Shown: positions 62,095 through 64,000 of the stretch, piece after piece
Layout: each line of letters starts with the position of its first letter
Numbering within the stretch: position 1 is the first letter of the stretch
Assembly (NCBI GenBank): GCA_965198235.1
Contig: OZ240248.1
Location: 1,728,001 to 1,792,000, forward strand
Origin: Candidatus Poribacteria bacterium
Lineage (GTDB): Bacteria > Poribacteria > WGA-4E > WGA-3G
Direction of reading: 5' to 3'
DNA: 64,000 nt
Made by a program: the position numbers and the translations under genes
The notes under the pieces: generated by a model
Database searches by the model: none
Told to the model about the DNA's origin: nothing
What the model saw: only the letters and a program-made list of their open reading frames with translations

Positions 62095-62760
62095 ATGCAA
62101 TCGAGATTAACGTGGTTCGTGCTTGCCCTTTTCGCAGCAAGCATCATGAGCATCGGTATCGTAGGATGTGGTGGCGACACCGAAGAAGAATCCGCTGAAA
62201 AGCCGACAGAAAGCTCCTCAAGTACCTCTGATGAGCCAGTAGTTGCTGCGAGACCGCCTATCGACTTCGCAGCAGAAAAAGCCGAAATCCAAGCGGTCTA
62301 TAGTGCCTTCTACGAAGCCTTTAACGACAACGATCTCAAAGCCATTGGGGGGACCTTTCGGACGAGTGACGGCAAGGTTGCCTTCGGAACAATCTTTGCC
62401 GGAAATGAACCTGTGCCAGTCGCCTTCGGTTGGACGAATGTTAAAGTCGCTATCGAAGGTCTGTGGATTGGCATCGGCACGAAGGGTTCTAAATGGGGAC
62501 GGGACGATGTTTTGAAAGATTTTTGGATTGGCTATAAAGGGAGCAAATTGGAAGCCGCCGCAATCGGTTACAACTGCTACAAAGGCTCGTTTCCTGGGGA
62601 AACGCACCTCTATTTGATAAAAGAAGAAAAGGATGGGTGGAAAATTCACGAGCTTGATAGCAGCACCGAAAACAACCTTGGGATCTTTGGCTTTCACAAA
62701 GGTAAACCGCGAGTTGAGAAATTCATCAAGGTTACCAGAGAGACGGACAAAGCCCCCTAA
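62095..62760 (+). CDS. Lipoprotein with NTF2/SnoaL-like domain
   Basis: AGGAGG RBS; lipobox IVGC; EIQAVYSAFYEAFN..D and DGWKI motifs. Confidence 0.7.
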   Translation: MQSRLTWFVLALFAASIMSIGIVGCGGDTEEESAEKPTESSSSTSDEPVVAARPPIDFAAEKAEIQAVYSAFYEAFNDNDLKAIGGTFRTSDGKVAFGTIFAGNEPVPVAFGWTNVKVAIEGLWIGIGTKGSKWGRDDVLKDFWIGYKGSKLEAAAIGYNCYKGSFPGETHLYLIKEEKDGWKIHELDSSTENNLGIFGFHKGKPRVEKFIKVTRETDKAP

Positions 62761-62784
62761 TGTTCCCTACGTCTTGTTAAAAAC

Positions 62785-62837
62785 TGCCCCTTTTTGTGCA
62801 GTTTAAAAAGGTAAATGCCCCTTTTCGTGCAGCTTAA
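62785..62837. promoter_or_regulatory. Tandem enhancer-like sites (31-bp period)
   Basis: tgcccctttt(t/c)gtgcag(t/c)ttaa at 62785 and 62816. Confidence 0.6.
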
Positions 62838-62882
62838 CCCGCTTGATGCAGGGATTCATCGTCAATTCAGCGTTTTTTGCAT

Positions 62883-62898
62883 TGGCACGGAAATTGCA
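62883..62898 (+). promoter_or_regulatory. sigma54 (-24/-12) promoter
   Basis: TGGCACG-gaaa-TTGCA. Confidence 0.75.
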
Positions 62899-62963
62899 TA
62901 TCCCTGCATCAACAACTTTTATTTTTTGTAGGATACGCAAATATCCCTTGGAGGTAATAACGA

Positions 62964-64000
62964 ATGAGTGCAAAAAGAACCTCAGGTGCCTTAATGACTT
63001 CATTGGTACTCCACGCGGTCATCGCGTTCATTGCTGGCATTTATCTTGTCACGCAAACTGAACAGTTCAAAGATCTCGTGGGTGCTGACGTGCTCAAACC
63101 TCAGGAGCCACCGAAGCCTAAGGTACGGAAACCCGTTGTAAAGCCTGTTATTAAGCCGACGGTTCCAACGCAGAACACCGTCATCGTTGAGCCGGTTCAA
63201 GTGCAACCCCGTGTAACGACTGCGTTTGTTGCCAAGTCGAGTTTCCAACCGCAGACGGTACTCGAATTTTCAAACCAAACCGTCAGAGTGGACGCACCGA
63301 TTAATCCGAATGTACCGAGAGTGGTTACGCTGAACGCACCCGTGCCGACAGTTGTAACACACGCGGATCTACCTGTTTCGGATGCTCCCGGTGCCTTGGC
63401 GTTCTCCGCACCCGTAGCAACTGCACCCTCCGCCGGACCGGCTAACATTGGTCGTGGTGTTGCAGGCAGCGTCGTGCAGGTGAAAGTCGCTTTTGAACGT
63501 CCACCCGGACTCGCAATGGTTGAAAACGTCGGTGCCGCACGCGATGCCCTCGGCGATGTCGTTGAAAACATCACCCTCGGTAACGTTGAAGTACCACCCC
63601 TGCCCAGAGGCGAACCCGGTGGACGCGTTATCGGTAAAGGTAGAGACATCCGCGGTGTATTCCGTTTCACACGGATCCGTCACAGTCTCTCTGACTGGTG
63701 GGCTGACGCTTCGTCCCTCAATGCATTGACGAAGTGGCTCAACGAGCGGACTAAAATCAAAACCGACATGAACGTTGAAGGTGGTGCATTGAAACTTACC
63801 GATGCCAACCTCTTCAAAACACCGTTTGTCTTTATGACAGGACACGATCCGTCACTCGTCCGTTCTCGGAACCTCCTGGGACGGCAGTATGGTGGTGGTA
63901 AAATGGATAGCCGTCTCACTGAGACTGAAGCCGCTGGTATGCGTCGTTATTTCGTTGAAAAAGGCGGATTCCTCGTCTTTGACGACTGCGGTGTGAACGC
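62964..64000 (+). CDS. Membrane-anchored DUF4159 domain protein, 3' end outside window
   Basis: GGAGG RBS; MSAKRTSGALMTSLVLH TM anchor, Pro/Val-rich linker, then DWWAD...PFVFMTGH...GGFLVFDDC; missing from the ORF track because it has no stop in the window. Confidence 0.8.
   Translation, partial: MSAKRTSGALMTSLVLHAVIAFIAGIYLVTQTEQFKDLVGADVLKPQEPPKPKVRKPVVKPVIKPTVPTQNTVIVEPVQVQPRVTTAFVAKSSFQPQTVLEFSNQTVRVDAPINPNVPRVVTLNAPVPTVVTHADLPVSDAPGALAFSAPVATAPSAGPANIGRGVAGSVVQVKVAFERPPGLAMVENVGAARDALGDVVENITLGNVEVPPLPRGEPGGRVIGKGRDIRGVFRFTRIRHSLSDWWADASSLNALTKWLNERTKIKTDMNVEGGALKLTDANLFKTPFVFMTGHDPSLVRSRNLLGRQYGGGKMDSRLTETEAAGMRRYFVEKGGFLVFDDCGVN

Overview
Bacterial DNA of about 50% GC. Gene content and style suggest Candidatus Poribacteria or a similar sponge-symbiont lineage (inference): several PhyH-type dioxygenases, ECF sigma factors with C-terminal extensions, DUF5694 and DUF4159 proteins. 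Block 1 (1-21.6 kb) is an accessory, partly decayed island. It holds three DUF5694 (TraB/Tiki/EreA-like) proteins, ABC exporters, MacB and ABC-2 permeases, a CBM9/DUF5916-like protein and three ECF sigma genes or remnants sharing an ECF-type promoter motif. It also holds out-of-context fragments of dnaN (joined directly to a sigma gene) and ftsZ. Block 2 (21.8-30.8 kb) is the F1Fo ATP synthase operon with an inserted DUF1992 gene and a 1-nt frameshift in atpD that is probably a sequencing error. Block 3 (31-64 kb) contains toxin-antitoxin pairs, PhyH paralogs (two with halogenase-like HxA/HxG motifs), a DUF3179 selenoprotein (UPLC plus SECIS-like hairpin), a xanthine-dehydrogenase-family Mo-enzyme operon with an inserted small Zn-ribbon gene, carbohydrate/redox enzymes, an RPH-like phosphotransferase and a sigma54-driven DUF4159 gene. 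The most distinctive non-coding signal is a dispersed family of about 17 intergenic elements. Most carry a covarying hairpin with the loop GNA-AY-GNA-RT-GGA, and many end exactly at a start codon or supply the stop codon of a convergent gene. All calls come from reading the sequence and recalling protein families; no searches were run.
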